Numbered from the stretch's first letter, positions 12,720 to 28,569 are shown. The stretch: DNA of 64,000 nt from the human T2T-CHM13v2.0 reference genome, Homo sapiens (GCF_009914755.1 NC_060929.1); one strand, 5' to 3'. Notes: generated by a model not told the origin, from the sequence alone. Numbers and translations are program-made.

Positions 12720-13690
12720 GGTGAGGTGTGATGGGTTGTGGGATCAGAATGATCTGGATTCAAGCCTCAGCTCTGCCATTTGCTAACAGTGACTTTTAAA
12801 ATAAACATCTTTATTGAGATGTATTTCCCATACCACACAATTCGCCTAAAAGTGTATAATTCAATGGCTTTTAAAAAGCATATTCAAGGTTATGTGCAAG
12901 TATTAACATGGTTGATTTTAGAATATTTTCATCACCTCAAGAAGAGACTCTGTACCCTTTGGCCATCACTTCCCTACTCTCCCTGCCCCCCACCAGCCCT
13001 AAGCAAGCACTGTCTCTACAGATTTCTCTGTTGTGGACATTTCATATGAATGGCATCACACAAGTAATCTTTGGTGACTGGCTTCTTTCACTTAGCATGA
13101 TGTTTTCAAAGTTCATCCATGTTGTAGTGTGTATCAGTCCTTCATTCCTTTTCATGGCTGAGTAGTACTCCACTATGTGGCTATACATTTTGTTTATTCA
13201 TTCTTCAGTGGATGGACATTTGTGTTGTTTCTTCCTTTTGGCTATTATGAATAATGCTGCTATAATCGTTTACAAATTTTTGCATGGACATGTTTCATTT
13301 TTATTGGGTGTATATACCTAGGAGTGGATTGCTGGGTCATATAACTCTATGTTTAATTGTTTGAGGAACTGTTTTCTCACTTGAGAAACTGTTTTTCTGT
13401 TTTTTCACTTGGGACTGTTTTCCCAAGTGGCTGCACCATTTTGCACTCCCAACAGCATTGTACGAGTTCCAATTTCTCTGCATTCCTGTCAGTACCCTTG
13501 TGCCATAGACTTTTTGGTTCTAGCCATCTTGGTGAAGTGGTATTTCATTGTGGCTTTGATCTGCATCTCCCTGGTGACGAAAGACGTTGAGCATCTTTTG
13601 ATGTGCTTATTGGCCAACTGCTAACAGTGGCTTTGACACTGGATGCTGAACTTCAGTCTTTCCTCCTGTAAAATGGTACAACCACCATCC
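12720..13690 (+). mobile_element. MIR split by an L1 insertion
   Basis: 5' part ctggattcaagcctcagctctgccatttgct (to 12796); 3' part cttcagtctttcctcctgtaaaatgg (from 13619). Confidence 0.7.
12797..13618 (-). mobile_element. L1MB-type LINE-1 3' fragment with TSD
   Basis: ctttattgagat.., ggacatttcatatgaatgg, ttcacttagcatgatgttttcaa. TSD tgctaacagtg(a/g)cttt at 12781-12796 and 13619-13634. Confidence 0.9.
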
Positions 13691-14012
13691 ATGGAGCACA
13701 GTGGCAACACCGCGACTCTCTGGGCTGAGGACACATGCGACAGCAAGTAATCCCACAGCCACTGGACCCAGGGACAGGCAGCCTCTGCAGCCAAGGGTCC
13801 TGTCCCTTCATGTCTCTGCTTCCAGTCTTTTCTCTGTACGTCCTGCAGCCAGGCTTGGGCTGCTGCACGGCTAGAGATGCTTTATCATGAAACCTGCAGC
13901 AGGTGAAGGTTCTCCCAGCAAAGTTTTTGCAGAAAAGTGATGCACTAAGTGAACTGTTCTTCAAATGGTGTGAGCTGGGAGTGAGGTTTCTGGCTTTTCA
14001 GCACATGGGTGA

Positions 14013-14471
14013 TGTTCTTGGGTGAACGATGTTTCCCCAAAAGATATGTGGAAGTCCTAAATCTCAGTGCCTCTGAATGTAACCTTAATTGGAAACAGAG
14101 TCTCTGCAGGTGTAATTAGTGAAGGCGAGGTCATAGTGGCATAGGGTGGGCATTCATCTAATGACTGGTATCCTCAGAAAACAAGAAAGATTTGGAGACA
14201 GACACATAGACAGGGGATGGCCATATGACAGCGGAGTCAGAGACCAGAGTGATGCTGCCCACAAGCCAAGGAATGCCAAGGATGGCCACAGCCGCCAGGA
14301 GCTGGGTGAGGCCAGGAACTCCCACTGAGTCTGTGGAGGGCGTGTGGCCTGGCCAACACACTGATTTCAAACCTCTCCAGAACTGTGAGAGAATACATTC
14401 CTGTTGTTTTAAGCCACCCAGTTTGTGGCTTAATTTGTGACTTTGTTAAGGCAGCAATAGAAAACTGACAC
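14013..14471 (+). mobile_element. MLT1C-like MaLR solo LTR
   Basis: gaagtcctaa, cacaagccaaggaatgccaagga, ctccagaactgtgagagaatacattcctgttgttttaagccacccagtttgtgg...gacaca. Confidence 0.88.
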
Positions 14472-17216
14472 AGGATAATGATGTTCAGGAATGATGTGGA
14501 GAGCCCTGGGGGTGGTTCTGTTCCATGCTTGTTGGATGCTTGGCATTTCTGGCCACCACAATGTATTTACTGAGAATGGACTCTCTGCCCAGTGACAGAA
14601 AATGAGTATGGCCCTGGTTCCTGTCCTCAGCTTAGCATGGGAGACAGGAGGCAGGAATACAAGCAGCAGCTTCAGAGGCAACACCAGGCAAGGCCAGGGT
14701 TGTTGGAGGCGTGGGCTCCAGCCACTCCCAAGCCGGGGCTCTGAATGTGGCCCCTGGTGCTCTCTCTGGTGCTCCCTGACAAATATGGCCCTGGGTGAGA
14801 AAACCTCAGGCCCCTCCCACTCAAATTCTGATTTGATTCTGGATTGCCAGTGTAATAGTTGTGATTATTTTCTCACAAGGGTTACAGGAGACCTTCTGAT
14901 TAAGGCAAACATCTTGTACATCAAAAGCTGCTCACTGTCACCCCTGGGCTTACTATTCATCATTCTCTCTTAAATCTGTTCCCAAAGGGCCTACCTGGCA
15001 CAGGCCAGCTGCTGGGCCCAAGTAATATGTTTTAATCAATGGTATTAAGCTTTTTCCATGTTCTGACATTTTAAGTAGATAATTAGACTCCAGTCACCAG
15101 GTGTCCAACAGTTCTACTTTTCTATCTGGAAAATAAGTTTTGAAAATACCTATCATGTACACGTTTGTATTTCTACTGAAACCACCTGGCAACCCTGGTA
15201 AAATGTAAAAGGGAATCTCTGATCTATAAGAAAAAACAAAGCTGGAGAGAAATGCAGGAGCTTTATTATAAATCATTTAATATTCTTGAAGTTAACAACT
15301 GATAAACTCATTTAGGCAAACATTTTGGATTTAATGATCTAAAGCTCACAGATGCATGCCACATCTAGCTAAAAGTACATAAAAAGCGCACCTCTGGAAA
15401 TAACAGCCCTCCCTCTGGCTGAAGACTGAGAAGCATTAAGGATGCTTCTGGATTTCTGCAGCGGCAGGGCAGGGGTCTGCACAGGCCTGACCTGGTGTTG
15501 CTGGAGCGCGGCATCCCCTCCTGGGTGCTGCTCCGAAAGGCAGGCTGGGAGGTGCTTGCTGGGGTGTTCCATGGCAGCGCTGCCAACCAAGTCTGGGTCT
15601 CTAAAAGCCACCCTCAGTTTATACCAACTGATCAGGAAATAGGTGGTGACAGGGCCTTGAAGGGTACATGCCGGCTTCCCTTAAGTTGATTAGATGGGAA
15701 ACCAAACACCGTCTTTCAAGTGTGAGGCTGTGCCATGCTCCCTCAGGGAGGAGGGGCGCTGGGTCTGACCAGGTCTGCCTCTGCCCTCACCAGCTGGCAG
15801 ACGTGAACTGGAGAACAGCACCAGAAAGGCTGGTGGTTGGCAGCTGCTCACGACACAGTTGCTGACCTGCAGCAGATCGGCTGTGGGTGAGCAGGACAGT
15901 CAGGCCCTCCACAAGCACTGTTCTGGAGTTTCGTCTGACTAGGTGAACCCTCTGGCTTTTCGAGGACGCAGGGTACCCTACTGCCACCAGCCAGTGAGCA
16001 GACTAGGACATCTCTAGACAGGAAACTCATCTAAAAATCGGAGGACAACCTGATGCACCCAAGTGACAATGGACCCAGGCAGCTGTGCACACCAGGTGGG
16101 AGGCGTTTGGAACAGTTAGACTCATCAGTGGATAGGTTTTTCTAGCACAAATGGAATGTGGTGTCTCATGTCCCTAGGGAGACAAAGGGCAGGTTTCTTA
16201 TCTGGTCTTTCCAAGCTTTCAACTCTCTGGCTCAAGTGTCCCAGAATGAACTAGAAGTCTATTCCTCCACCCTGGTCCGTGGTCACTTCCAGAACTCTGA
16301 AGTGGCTCAGGAGGTGACTCCTGAAAGGCAGCCCTTGCTTGATCTCCTGGTGGAGCCTGTCTGGGCTGAGGCGATGCTGGGCTTGCCGTGCCGAGATCTC
16401 ATGCCAGAAGTCCTCCCTCGGAGCTACCTGTCTCCAGCCTCATTCTTCGGCATGTTGACTCCTGGAATTGAGGGGCTATTTCTAAGATGCATGCTTTTTC
16501 GGCTTTTCTCATGGGTGCCTCATCAGCCTGCACAGGATCCCCCATCTCACGAGAGAGGGAAATTTGGCATTGCTGTTCCCTGCCTCTAAGGTCCTTTATG
16601 AGGGGCCGCCCAAACTCATTCCCTTAGTTCTTACTCTCCCACAGGTGTTGAGATTTTATTGGCCCATACTAAAAAGCATGCAATGACTGAGGTTTTCTCC
16701 TAACCTTAATCTCATCTTCTCAAATGTGTGCCTTCTTGTTTTTAAGACCATAGACAAGGACGTCAGGTGACTGCTGAAATAGAACTAAAGCTAAAATTTT
16801 TCTCGGATCTTGGCAAATTCTGCTAATGGCACCTCTAGGGGCACAATGATCCTCAAATGACATCCAACCAGACTCCCCATAAACAAGGTTTGGGCTGGAG
16901 CTGTTTCTAGTTTTAAATATGGAAATGTAAGGCAAAGGACAGAGCACTTGGTTTTGCCTTAGATTTCCCAGCAGAGTAGGATTTGGGCGAAACTGCTGGT
17001 TCTCTCTGTCAGGGAAATACCAAGTGCAGCAGAGCCGGGGCCATGGGGCAGGCTGGTGGACTCCAGGCTCACTTGCGTGGCTGCTGGATGTGCTGGGTTC
17101 TTGGGGAAGGATGCTTGTCCATGGAGGCATGCGGCTTCTGGTGAGCCACCTGCGCAGCCGCCGGGGGGAAATCTTTGTCACCCTGTCAGGAAACACGGAA
17201 AGCTCAGGTTAATCAA

Positions 17217-18607
17217 TAGGAAGCATGGGGTTTGTGGGTGAGGAAGCCCCAGGCCAGTGCCCACCAGCGTCCCTGCGGAAGGATAGCAATTGTGTGTGAG
17301 GAAGCCTCAGGCCAGCATCCACCAGCGTCCCTGTAGGAAGCATGGGGTTTGTATGTGAGGAAGCCCCAGGCCAGGCAGGAAGCATGGGGTTTGTATGTGA
17401 GGAAGCCCCAGGCCAGCGCCCACCAGCGTCCCTGCAGGAAGCATGGCGGTTGTATGTGAGGAACGTCCAGGCCAGCGCCCATCAACGTCCCTGCAGGAAG
17501 CATGGTGTTTGTGGGTGAGGAACCCCCAGGCCAGCACCCACCAGTGTCCCTGCAGGAAGCATGGTGTTTGTGGGTGAGGAACCCCCAGGCCAGCACCCAC
17601 CAGTGTCCCTGCAGGAAGCATGGTGTTTGTGGGTGAGGAAGCCCCAGGCCAGCGCCCACCAGCGTCCCTGCAGGAAGCATGGGGTATGTATGTGAGGAAG
17701 CTCCAGGCCAGAGCCCACCAGCGTCCCTACAGGAAGCATGGCAGTTGTATGTGAGGAAGCCCCAGGACAGCGCCCAACAGAGTCCCTGCAGGAAGGATGG
17801 CGGTTGTATAAGAGGAAGCTCCAGGCCAGCACCCACCAGCGTTCCTACAGGAAGCATGGTGTTTGTGGGTGAGGAAGCCCCAGACCAGCGCCCACCAGCA
17901 TCCCTGCAGGAAGCATGGCGGTTGTATATGAGGAAGCTCCAGGCCAGAGCCCACCAGCGTCGCTGTAGGAAGCATGGGGTTTGTATGTGTGGAAACTACA
18001 GGCCAGCAGCCACCAGCATCCCTGTAGGAAGCATGGTGTTTGTGGGTGAGGAAGCCCCAGGCCAACGCCCACCAGCGTCCCTGCAAGAAGCATGGGGTTT
18101 GTATGTGAGGAAGCCCCAGGCCAGCACCCATCGGCGTCCCTGCAGGAAGCATGGTGTTTGTGGGTGAGGAAGCCCCAGACCAGTGCCCACCAGCGTCCCT
18201 GCAGGAAGCATGGGGTTTGTATGTGAGTAAGCCGAAGGCCAGCAGCAACCAGCCTCCCTGCAGGAAGCATGGGGTTTGTATGTGAGGAAGCCCCAGGCCA
18301 GCGTCCACCAGGGTCCCTGTAGGAAGCATGGCGGTTGTATATGAGGAAGCTCCAGGCCAGCGCCCACCAGTGTCGCTGGAGGAAGCATGGGGTTTGTGGG
18401 TGAGGAAGCCCCATACCAGCGTCCCTGCAGGAAGCATGGCAGTTGTATGTGAGGAAGCCCCAGGCCAGCACCCACCAGCTTCCCTGCAGGAAGCATGGGG
18501 TTTGTGGGTGAGGAAGCTCCAGGCCAGCGCCCACCAGCGTCCCTGCAGGAAGCATGGCAGTTGTATGTGAGGAAGCCCAGGCCAGCACCCACCAGCGTCC
18601 CTGCAGG
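17217..18607. repeat. 59-bp minisatellite (VNTR), ~24 units
   Basis: Consensus caggaagcatggggtttgtatgtgaggaagccccaggccagcgcccaccagcgtccctg; two truncated units; several variant classes. Confidence 0.97.
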
Positions 18608-19831
18608 GCAGACGTGGACTGTGAATGGATAAAGGAAGGTGGAAGTCTGTCCCTTGTGGGTGTTAGGGGGCCTGGGCAATCAAAACCAGGGAATGGCAGG
18701 TGGCACTGAGGCCCACACACTGGCAGGACAGCAAGAATGCTCACTGGCTCTGCCCCATGCCGTGAGACACAGGAACATGCGACTCCCACAGAACTGACTT
18801 GGATGCTGCGGGGTTTCTTCTGCTACATCTGTATTTGTGACTATTTAAATTGGGGGCAGGACAGAACCAAATCCAGGATCTTAAGTTCAGATGTGCCACC
18901 ACAGCTGTGAGCCAGGCCTGGGACGCTGGCTGGGAAGGAAATGCACAGGGCGCCTACGAGACAGAGCCAGGTTCGGCCTGTCCAGTCTCAGGAGGGACTC
19001 CCTATTTTCCAGAGGGATCAATGGGCTTCTGTGCCAACTGTGGGTGTGGCCAGGGTGGGGTCCACATGGGCAGGCTGGAGCCACACTTCTCTGGCTGGCA
19101 GGTTGGCTGGCTGCGGTCACAGCTCCACCAACAGTGGGCTGTCCCCAACACTGGCACTTTCTTCAGGCATCCTCTGATAAGAAAGTGAATGTTCTGAGAA
19201 CAGCAGCCCTATGGACGGCAATACTGTGGGGTTCACTGCGGGGGTTTGCTGATGGGAGTTCACTGGTGGGAGGTCTGCGCTTAAGTCACAATGTTGGGTC
19301 TCACCAGACGGCGGCTCTGGAAAGGTAAAGGATGCGAGTCTGGCCTGCGGTCTGCAGAAGCAGCCTCTGGGGAAACGCGGCAATGAAGAGAGCCATGGCC
19401 ACAGAGGAGATGAGCAGTGGTGCTGGGTTATTCCAGGTAGAGTTTAACAAAACCAGAAGCAACCAGGAGACTCCATGCTGCCATGCAAAAGCCTCAAACC
19501 CACCGCAGACACTCCCAGACTTACCCGGGCGATGACCCCAGAGATGAACACAGTGGGTTTAGGTGGACTGGAAAAAAAGAAGGGAAAAGGCAGATTTAAC
19601 AAAACAGTCCACAACAGGGAACACGGTGGCAGACGATGTGTATGTGGATGAGCCAGGCTGGAGGGCGTGGAGGCAGAATGGGAAGCAAACCTCTCCTCTG
19701 CGTTATTTGTTGTAATGATCACACTACGGGGCTCGGGAGCCTCCTTCTCCTGAGGCTAGTTCAGCCCCAAGTACGAGAGAGAAACAGACTGCAGCCAACT
19801 GCGAGTGAATTGCCTTCAACCACTTTCTATT

Positions 19832-20119
19832 TGTGTTTTTTTTAGGGACAGGGTCTCTGTCACCCAGGCTGGAATGCAGAGGCACGATCATAGCTCACAG
19901 CAGCCTCCACCTCCTAGACTCAAGTGATCCTGCTTCAGTCTCCCGAGTAGCTGGGACAACAGGTGTGCAGCATCATACCTGGCTATTTTCTTTTATTTTT
20001 GTAGAGACAGGGTCTTGCTATGTTGCCCAGGCTAGTCTCAAACTCCTGGCCTCAAGCCATCCTTCCACCTTGGCCTCCCAAAGTGCTGGGATTACAGGGA
20101 TGAGCCACCGTGCCCAGCC
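19832..20119 (-). mobile_element. AluJ (Jo-like)
   Basis: Antisense Alu with gatcatagctcac and gggtcttgctatgttgcccagg. Confidence 0.92.
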
Positions 20120-21216
20120 TATTTTTGTTTTTTGGTTAAATCAACACATTTTAACTATGGGCAAGCCCATTTATTTGGATTTAATGAGATCGTGAAACAG
20201 GCGCTTCCCTAAAGCAGGGGAGAAGTAGCTTTACATGGTGTGGACTTGGAGACTTTCTCACTGCCTCCTCAACCCTAGGCTTCCCCTTCCAGCGTCCTCA
20301 CAGGGGAGATTCTAGAGCCAACACAAACCTCCCGTCCCCATCAATCCCTGAGCATTACAAATATAAGGTCCTTGGGAAACATGTCACCTCTTGACATGTT
20401 AACTCACACTGAGCTCACCTAAACTGCCGAGTATTGAGGGAATGGATGCAGTACCAAAGCAGTACAGCTCAGTGTGAAAAAACAGACAAGCCCAAACAGG
20501 CTCAAATCGCCAGCAGGTCTACCACCTGGAAACACACACTGTTAACGTGGGGCTATCCTCCCAGGCTTTCCTTCTATGGACAGATGTACGTGCTTGTCTT
20601 CTTATTAACTTTTTTCTTACAAAAATAGTTATACTGTTTTGTAATCTGCCTTCTGAACTAAGGCTATGGCAAGCATCTCTCCATGTAATTATATACTCTT
20701 CTGTACACTTATTTTTTATGGCTATGTGTGCCATAATTTAAAAACATCAGGACACAGTTTGAGGTAGTGGACAAGGTGTGTGCACTTCCAAATGCCTCCA
20801 CCAAGAGGTACAGACACCCAAGACCCGGAGGTGAATACAAGGTCAGCCCAGCTGGGACAGCGCGATCGATCGGGGACACTCACGGAGGTGGGTGGAGGGG
20901 AAGCATCTCCCTCTTAGTTCAGTTTTGCTTAAGGCCAGTCCTGCTGGGTAGAGGGGGTAGAATTTATCCCCTGAGCTCACCAGCCTGTCTCTTCCCAGCT
21001 CTGCTTCTCCTCTGCTGCCAGTGGTCTTTTTTAAGGAATCCACTTGTCTTAGCTTTGTTTTGCTGCAGTCAAAAGTCCCAGCATTCCGAAAGTTCACTGA
21101 CTGTTTACTTCCCCAAAGAGTTTACCAAAAACACCTGAAATTCCCCCAAGTAATTTCTGTTACTTCGCGACATTAAGAAACTTCAAGTTTTACTAAGCAG
21201 CACAGAGATGCCCCAT

Positions 21217-21298
21217 ACATTACCTTGGTTTTATTTAGTGTTTGTTGTGTGGTTACCACATTACCTTGGTTTTATTTAGTGTTTGTTGTGTGGTTACC
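21217..21298. repeat. Perfect 41-bp tandem duplication
   Basis: acattaccttggttttatttagtgtttgttgtgtggttacc x2 with no mismatch. Confidence 0.97.
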
Positions 21299-21959
21299 CA
21301 GGTTGGATTTTTTTCCCCTTCCTTTACGTACATGATTTAGCTATAGGATTAATAGTCGGCCAGAAATGAGTAAGCTCAGCTCAAGTTTAAAAGTCCCGCC
21401 ACGTGGTATAACTGAATTCATTTGGATTCTTAAAGCACATCCTGCTGTGATGGCTGATACCATCCACAGGGGAGGGCTTCCAGGGATTCAGGGCCAAGGA
21501 GTTTGCATCCAAAGCTCAGGAACTGTGGTCTGAATTCTAACATTTTAGAAAAGATTTGGAAAGGAATACACAAATGGCAGCACAAAGTTTCTTAACGTCG
21601 TTTGGAATGTTCTTTTAAACATCTAGGAACAGCCTGAAGCAGGGATGGCCCCACTCTGGTAGCGAATCATATAGTATCATCTTCAACAAGGCACAGCCGT
21701 CTTTCCGTAGCAGGAGTGCACAGTGGCTTCCACTGTCTCCATGTCCTATTTGTTTTTTAACCTGCTGAGGCTCTGAAAGGCGGAAATGCAGGACATCACC
21801 CCACTCCAGAAACTTGATATAAAATGTCATCCATAGAGAGTCAATCTAGTAAGAATACATGCATAATAAAGGGAATTAGCTTCCTCACCAAACTGAGCCC
21901 TAAAAGGTGGCTGAGGAAGCTTGAGTAATTATATACATATATAAACACCCTCCCCTCTA

Positions 21960-24609
<2,650 letters not shown>

Positions 24610-24715
24610 TACATATTCATTATTGAAACGCAGACAAGCAAAACAAGTTAAAATCACTTGTACTTCTGTATTACTGTACCTGTGTATTTATAAAGATTGA
24701 CACACACACACAACT

Positions 24716-25395
24716 ACTGTCCCATCACAACTGCTGAATGGCCATGGAGACTCTGGAGGCTAAAGGAGATCCCCAGCAATGAGGGTGGTCTACCCTGTGA
24801 GTACGCCACCCTTTGCAGAGGTGGAGTGGAACTCCAGGACGCAGAGGCGCCATCCAGCAGTAGGGCGCCAGCCTGGAGAGGCCTCCATGTTGGGTGTTCC
24901 TGACAGGCTCCTTGGTTGAGCCCAGCCCCACTGTGTAGTAGCTGCCACGTGAGGCTCTCGGGGGACCTGGCTATCAGGAATCTGTCTCCAGCACCGGTCC
25001 CCTGTGTGCACTGAGGACGGGAGTCTGGAGCCCAGGGGCCTGCCACAGTCCCGCCCTTCCTCCCTGCCCTCGGTGCTCCTCAGAGGTGCTGTCCTCTGGG
25101 CGTCTCCTGCATTGATCACGACAAGGGTGGGGTTCTATGCCTCGAGTATGTACCCGGAGAAATGTGTGTGAACAGTGATGATATGAGATCATGACAGCTC
25201 TGCTCTAGCCTGAGTGCTGGAAAACACACACGGAAGCTGAGGCCTAGAAACCAGCCTCTGACTCCCAGGGCACGCTCTTTCCTTTCCTAAACCCACATTT
25301 AGCACCTCACTCCCATGTGAGCTGCTCAAGACACTGTCCCATCGCAACTGCTGAATGGCCATGGAGACCCTGGGGGCTAAAGGAGACCCCCAGCA
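24716..25395. repeat. 63-bp dispersed direct repeat (24716-24778 / 25333-25395)
   Basis: actgtcccatc(a/g)caactgctgaatggccatggagac...cccagca, 59/63 identical, 617 bp apart. Confidence 0.92.
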
Positions 25396-26350
25396 GTAAG
25401 AATGACCCTCCCCCCACAGGCCCAGCTCATTCCAGGAGTGTCCAGGGCCATGGTTGCAGGTTGCAGCGTCTAAGAGTCCACAGGAGGCATTCACAGATGG
25501 CGCTGTCCTTGTGAAACCCCAAATTCACGGAGATAGCTCCTTTGTGCTGAGTCATGACTGAATCTGCTGAGCTTTAGTGGCTTGGTGGATTCTGCTCATA
25601 AAGACAGAGGATGTCAATGAAAATCATGCTAGGCTCAGCATAAGAAATGTGCCTCTGCCAACCACTGGGTGGCGAGGGGTGAGGTGAGGCCCGCCGGGTG
25701 TGGCGATGAGCCAGGGACTGGTGTCCTTTGTGCTGCATCCTATACAAAGTGGCTAGTCATTCTGCTGGATGTGGTGCTGGCGACTTGGCTGAGTGATGGC
25801 AAGACTGAGGGTCTGATGCCGCAGTCAAAGGGACTCACTCAGGATGGAAAGGCCGTGAACTTGCCCTTGTGCACACCCTGAGGGCTGACTCCGAGCTGAG
25901 GAGCAGGGACAGGGAATGTCACTCAGTGGCAAGCTTAGGTCAGAGCAGTCTCTTGGGGCACAACCAAAACAGTGTGCATTCCACCTAATTAACCTGGGGA
26001 AGAACAACATGAAGGCCTGAGACTTCATCCTGCACTGCTGTGCTCCAGCGCCCCCATCTGTTTGGCACTGGTAAGAAATAAGGCACTGAAAGAAAAGAAC
26101 CCCATGTGTCCAGCACTTCCGCAGGCGAGGTCCTTGCTTTAAGACTTTTTACACAATATTCAAGAATTGTGTTGCATGAGAAAGTCTTATCGAGCCGCAA
26201 GAGGCGACTCGGCGGGAAGTGACAGGACACCAGACTGAGGGTCTCCTTTAGCTCTGGTCTGCTCAAGGCAAACGTTCTTCCTAAAGACAGTCCAAGCTCT
26301 CCCTCCCTTCTAACTTCGCTTTGAAACCCCAGCCAGCTCAGCAACTAATT

Positions 26351-27064
26351 ACAAAAAAATTATGTACCATTTTAGCCATTTTTAAGTATACAGTTCAGTG
26401 GCATTAAGTATATTCATATTATTATGCTATCATCACCTTTATCTATTTCCAGAACTTTTTCATCATTCCCAACAGAAAGTCTGTCCCCATTAAACACTAG
26501 CTCCCCATTCTCTCCTCCTCCCAGCCCCTGGCCATCACCGTGAGTTTAACTGCCCTAGGGATCTCATGTAAGTGGAATCATACAGTACTTGTCTTTTTGT
26601 GTCTGGCTTATTCCATCTAGCATAATATTGTCAAGGTTCATTTATGTTGCAGAATGTGTGGGAATTCTGTTTTGAGGCTGAATAACATTCCACTGTACAG
26701 ACAGACCACATTCTGCTTATCCATTCATCTGCTGATGGACACCTGGACTGCTGCGAATGGTGCAGCTATGGACGTGGGTGTATAAATATGTGCTCGAGTT
26801 TCTACTTTCAATTATTTTGTGTGTAACTCAGAAGTGGAATTGCTGGGTTATATGGTAATTCTGTGTTTAACTTTCTGAGGAATCACCAACCTGTTTTCCA
26901 CAGCGGCTGTTCCATTTTAGATTCCCACCAGCAACGCACATGGGTTCCTATTTCCCCATATCCCTGCCAACGCTCGTTGTTTTCTGTTTTGTTTTATTCT
27001 GTTTTTTTGGATAAAGGCTCTATTCTAATGGGTGTGAAGAAGTATCGTACTGTGGTTTAGATTT
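26351..27064 (-). mobile_element. L1MB-type LINE-1 3' fragment with TSD
   Basis: cagttcagtggcattaagta, gtggaatcatacagta, agaagtggaattgctggg. Flanked by agcaactaatt at 26340-26350 and 27065-27075. Confidence 0.9.
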
Positions 27065-28569
27065 AGCAACTAATTTTAAGAATAAGCTTCCCTGCCACAG
27101 AATAATAAATATCAATCTGTATTGATCATTCATTAAAGGTCTTTATGAACCAAAAGTCGCCCCCAAAATTCTTCTCTAAAACTGAAAAGGCCATAATTGG
27201 CTGTAAGGACATATGGCAGCTGCCCATGAAAAGATGGCAAAAGGCAGGCCTCTTCCAAAATGTCTAACAGCGATATGTATTTTCATGTAACTTGTCCCGT
27301 GACAGAGCGTATGTTGTGTTGAAGGTTTTCATCAAGTTTGGCCCAAAGGCTTCAGAGCCCAATCCTTTTTTCCAACTATAATTAACAGCAACTTAAATTG
27401 GCAAATAATTATTTATGACGTTTATAAAGTAAAAACAGTTACTAAACTCTTTGAGATGTGGTAGCTTGAACAAAATCTCACAAGCGAGAAACCCCAGTCA
27501 AAGGTCTGGGTGTAAGGCTGTACATGCAAAACACACCTATTTTAAATGCCATTAGGCTTCCATGCAAAGTATAACCTACATTTCTCAAGTCTAAGAAGTA
27601 TGATAGCTGCTTTGAGGATTTATTTAATCTGATGAAAATCATTCTGACAGATGCTGTTTTGAAGATGCAACATTATTTTCTCTCAGGAAACAGAGAGTGA
27701 AAACTATCAACCCTGCCCGCCCCATATCCTCAGGCCTTTCCAGACTTTAAAAACTACACTTATTTAAATTGAAAAGAACTGCAAGCCAGGCAGAATTAGC
27801 CAGGATTAGAATCCAGATAACACTTCCTATACACTAGCAGAAACTACAGCTTTTTCACACCCAGACTAAGCAGCCACCTGATGTCCGTGCACGTGGGTCT
27901 CTATTGTCCATCTGGCAAGGACCACATCAAACTCTTAAAAGGACCCTTTGTCCTTAACAAAAGTTTGCTATTACTTATTTTCTAAATTTTCTTAATGAAG
28001 ACTTATACCTTATTGGCATTCTGTGGAAACTGCAGACAGACAGGATAAAATGCCAGAAACGCTCAGTGACTGAGTAACCCTGTGGAATGCAGATATCATC
28101 AAGACTGAGTTTGATGGTCTCATCTTTAAAGGAATGTGGAAAGGGCTGAGAAACCCAAATTCATAGTTTTAAAACTTCCCTAAACTCCCAAACAGCAACT
28201 ATTTAACTCAATATATTCAAGTTACTGCTACCCCAACATGTAACTCATATAAAAATTGAGAAGACTTAACATTCTTTTGTGTTCTAAGGCTTTACACCCT
28301 CCCTCATCATCGTGGTGCTCTGACAGCCTGGTTTCTGCCCCAGTTCTGAGAGGTGTAAAGCGATGCACTCTTGTGAGTTAGAGCTGGACAGGAGGTTCCC
28401 TACCAGGCAGACGGCTGCTGCAATCTATACCTTCATCCTTTCGCAGTTGAGAGCTTAAGGGCCTTCAGTGGGGGCCGCCTGGATGTCTCCCAGGTGGGCC
28501 GGATTCTGTCTCCCTGCACTTAGTCCAGCGCCCATCCCAAGTCTAACGCTCTTCCACAGGACAGTCCTT

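Noticed and set aside
16720-17196. 158-aa minus-strand ORF
   Set aside because: GTG start, no recognisable domain, and the length is attainable by chance; it would need Ribo-seq or conservation support.
17400-17430. CTCF-like word in the VNTR unit (cagcgcccaccagcgtcc)
   Set aside because: Mismatches fall at core motif positions.
17213-18789. Long overlapping ORFs (up to 314 aa) and a CRISPR-like appearance
   Set aside because: Stop-poor 59-bp VNTR; units are contiguous with no unique spacers and no cas genes; eukaryotic DNA.
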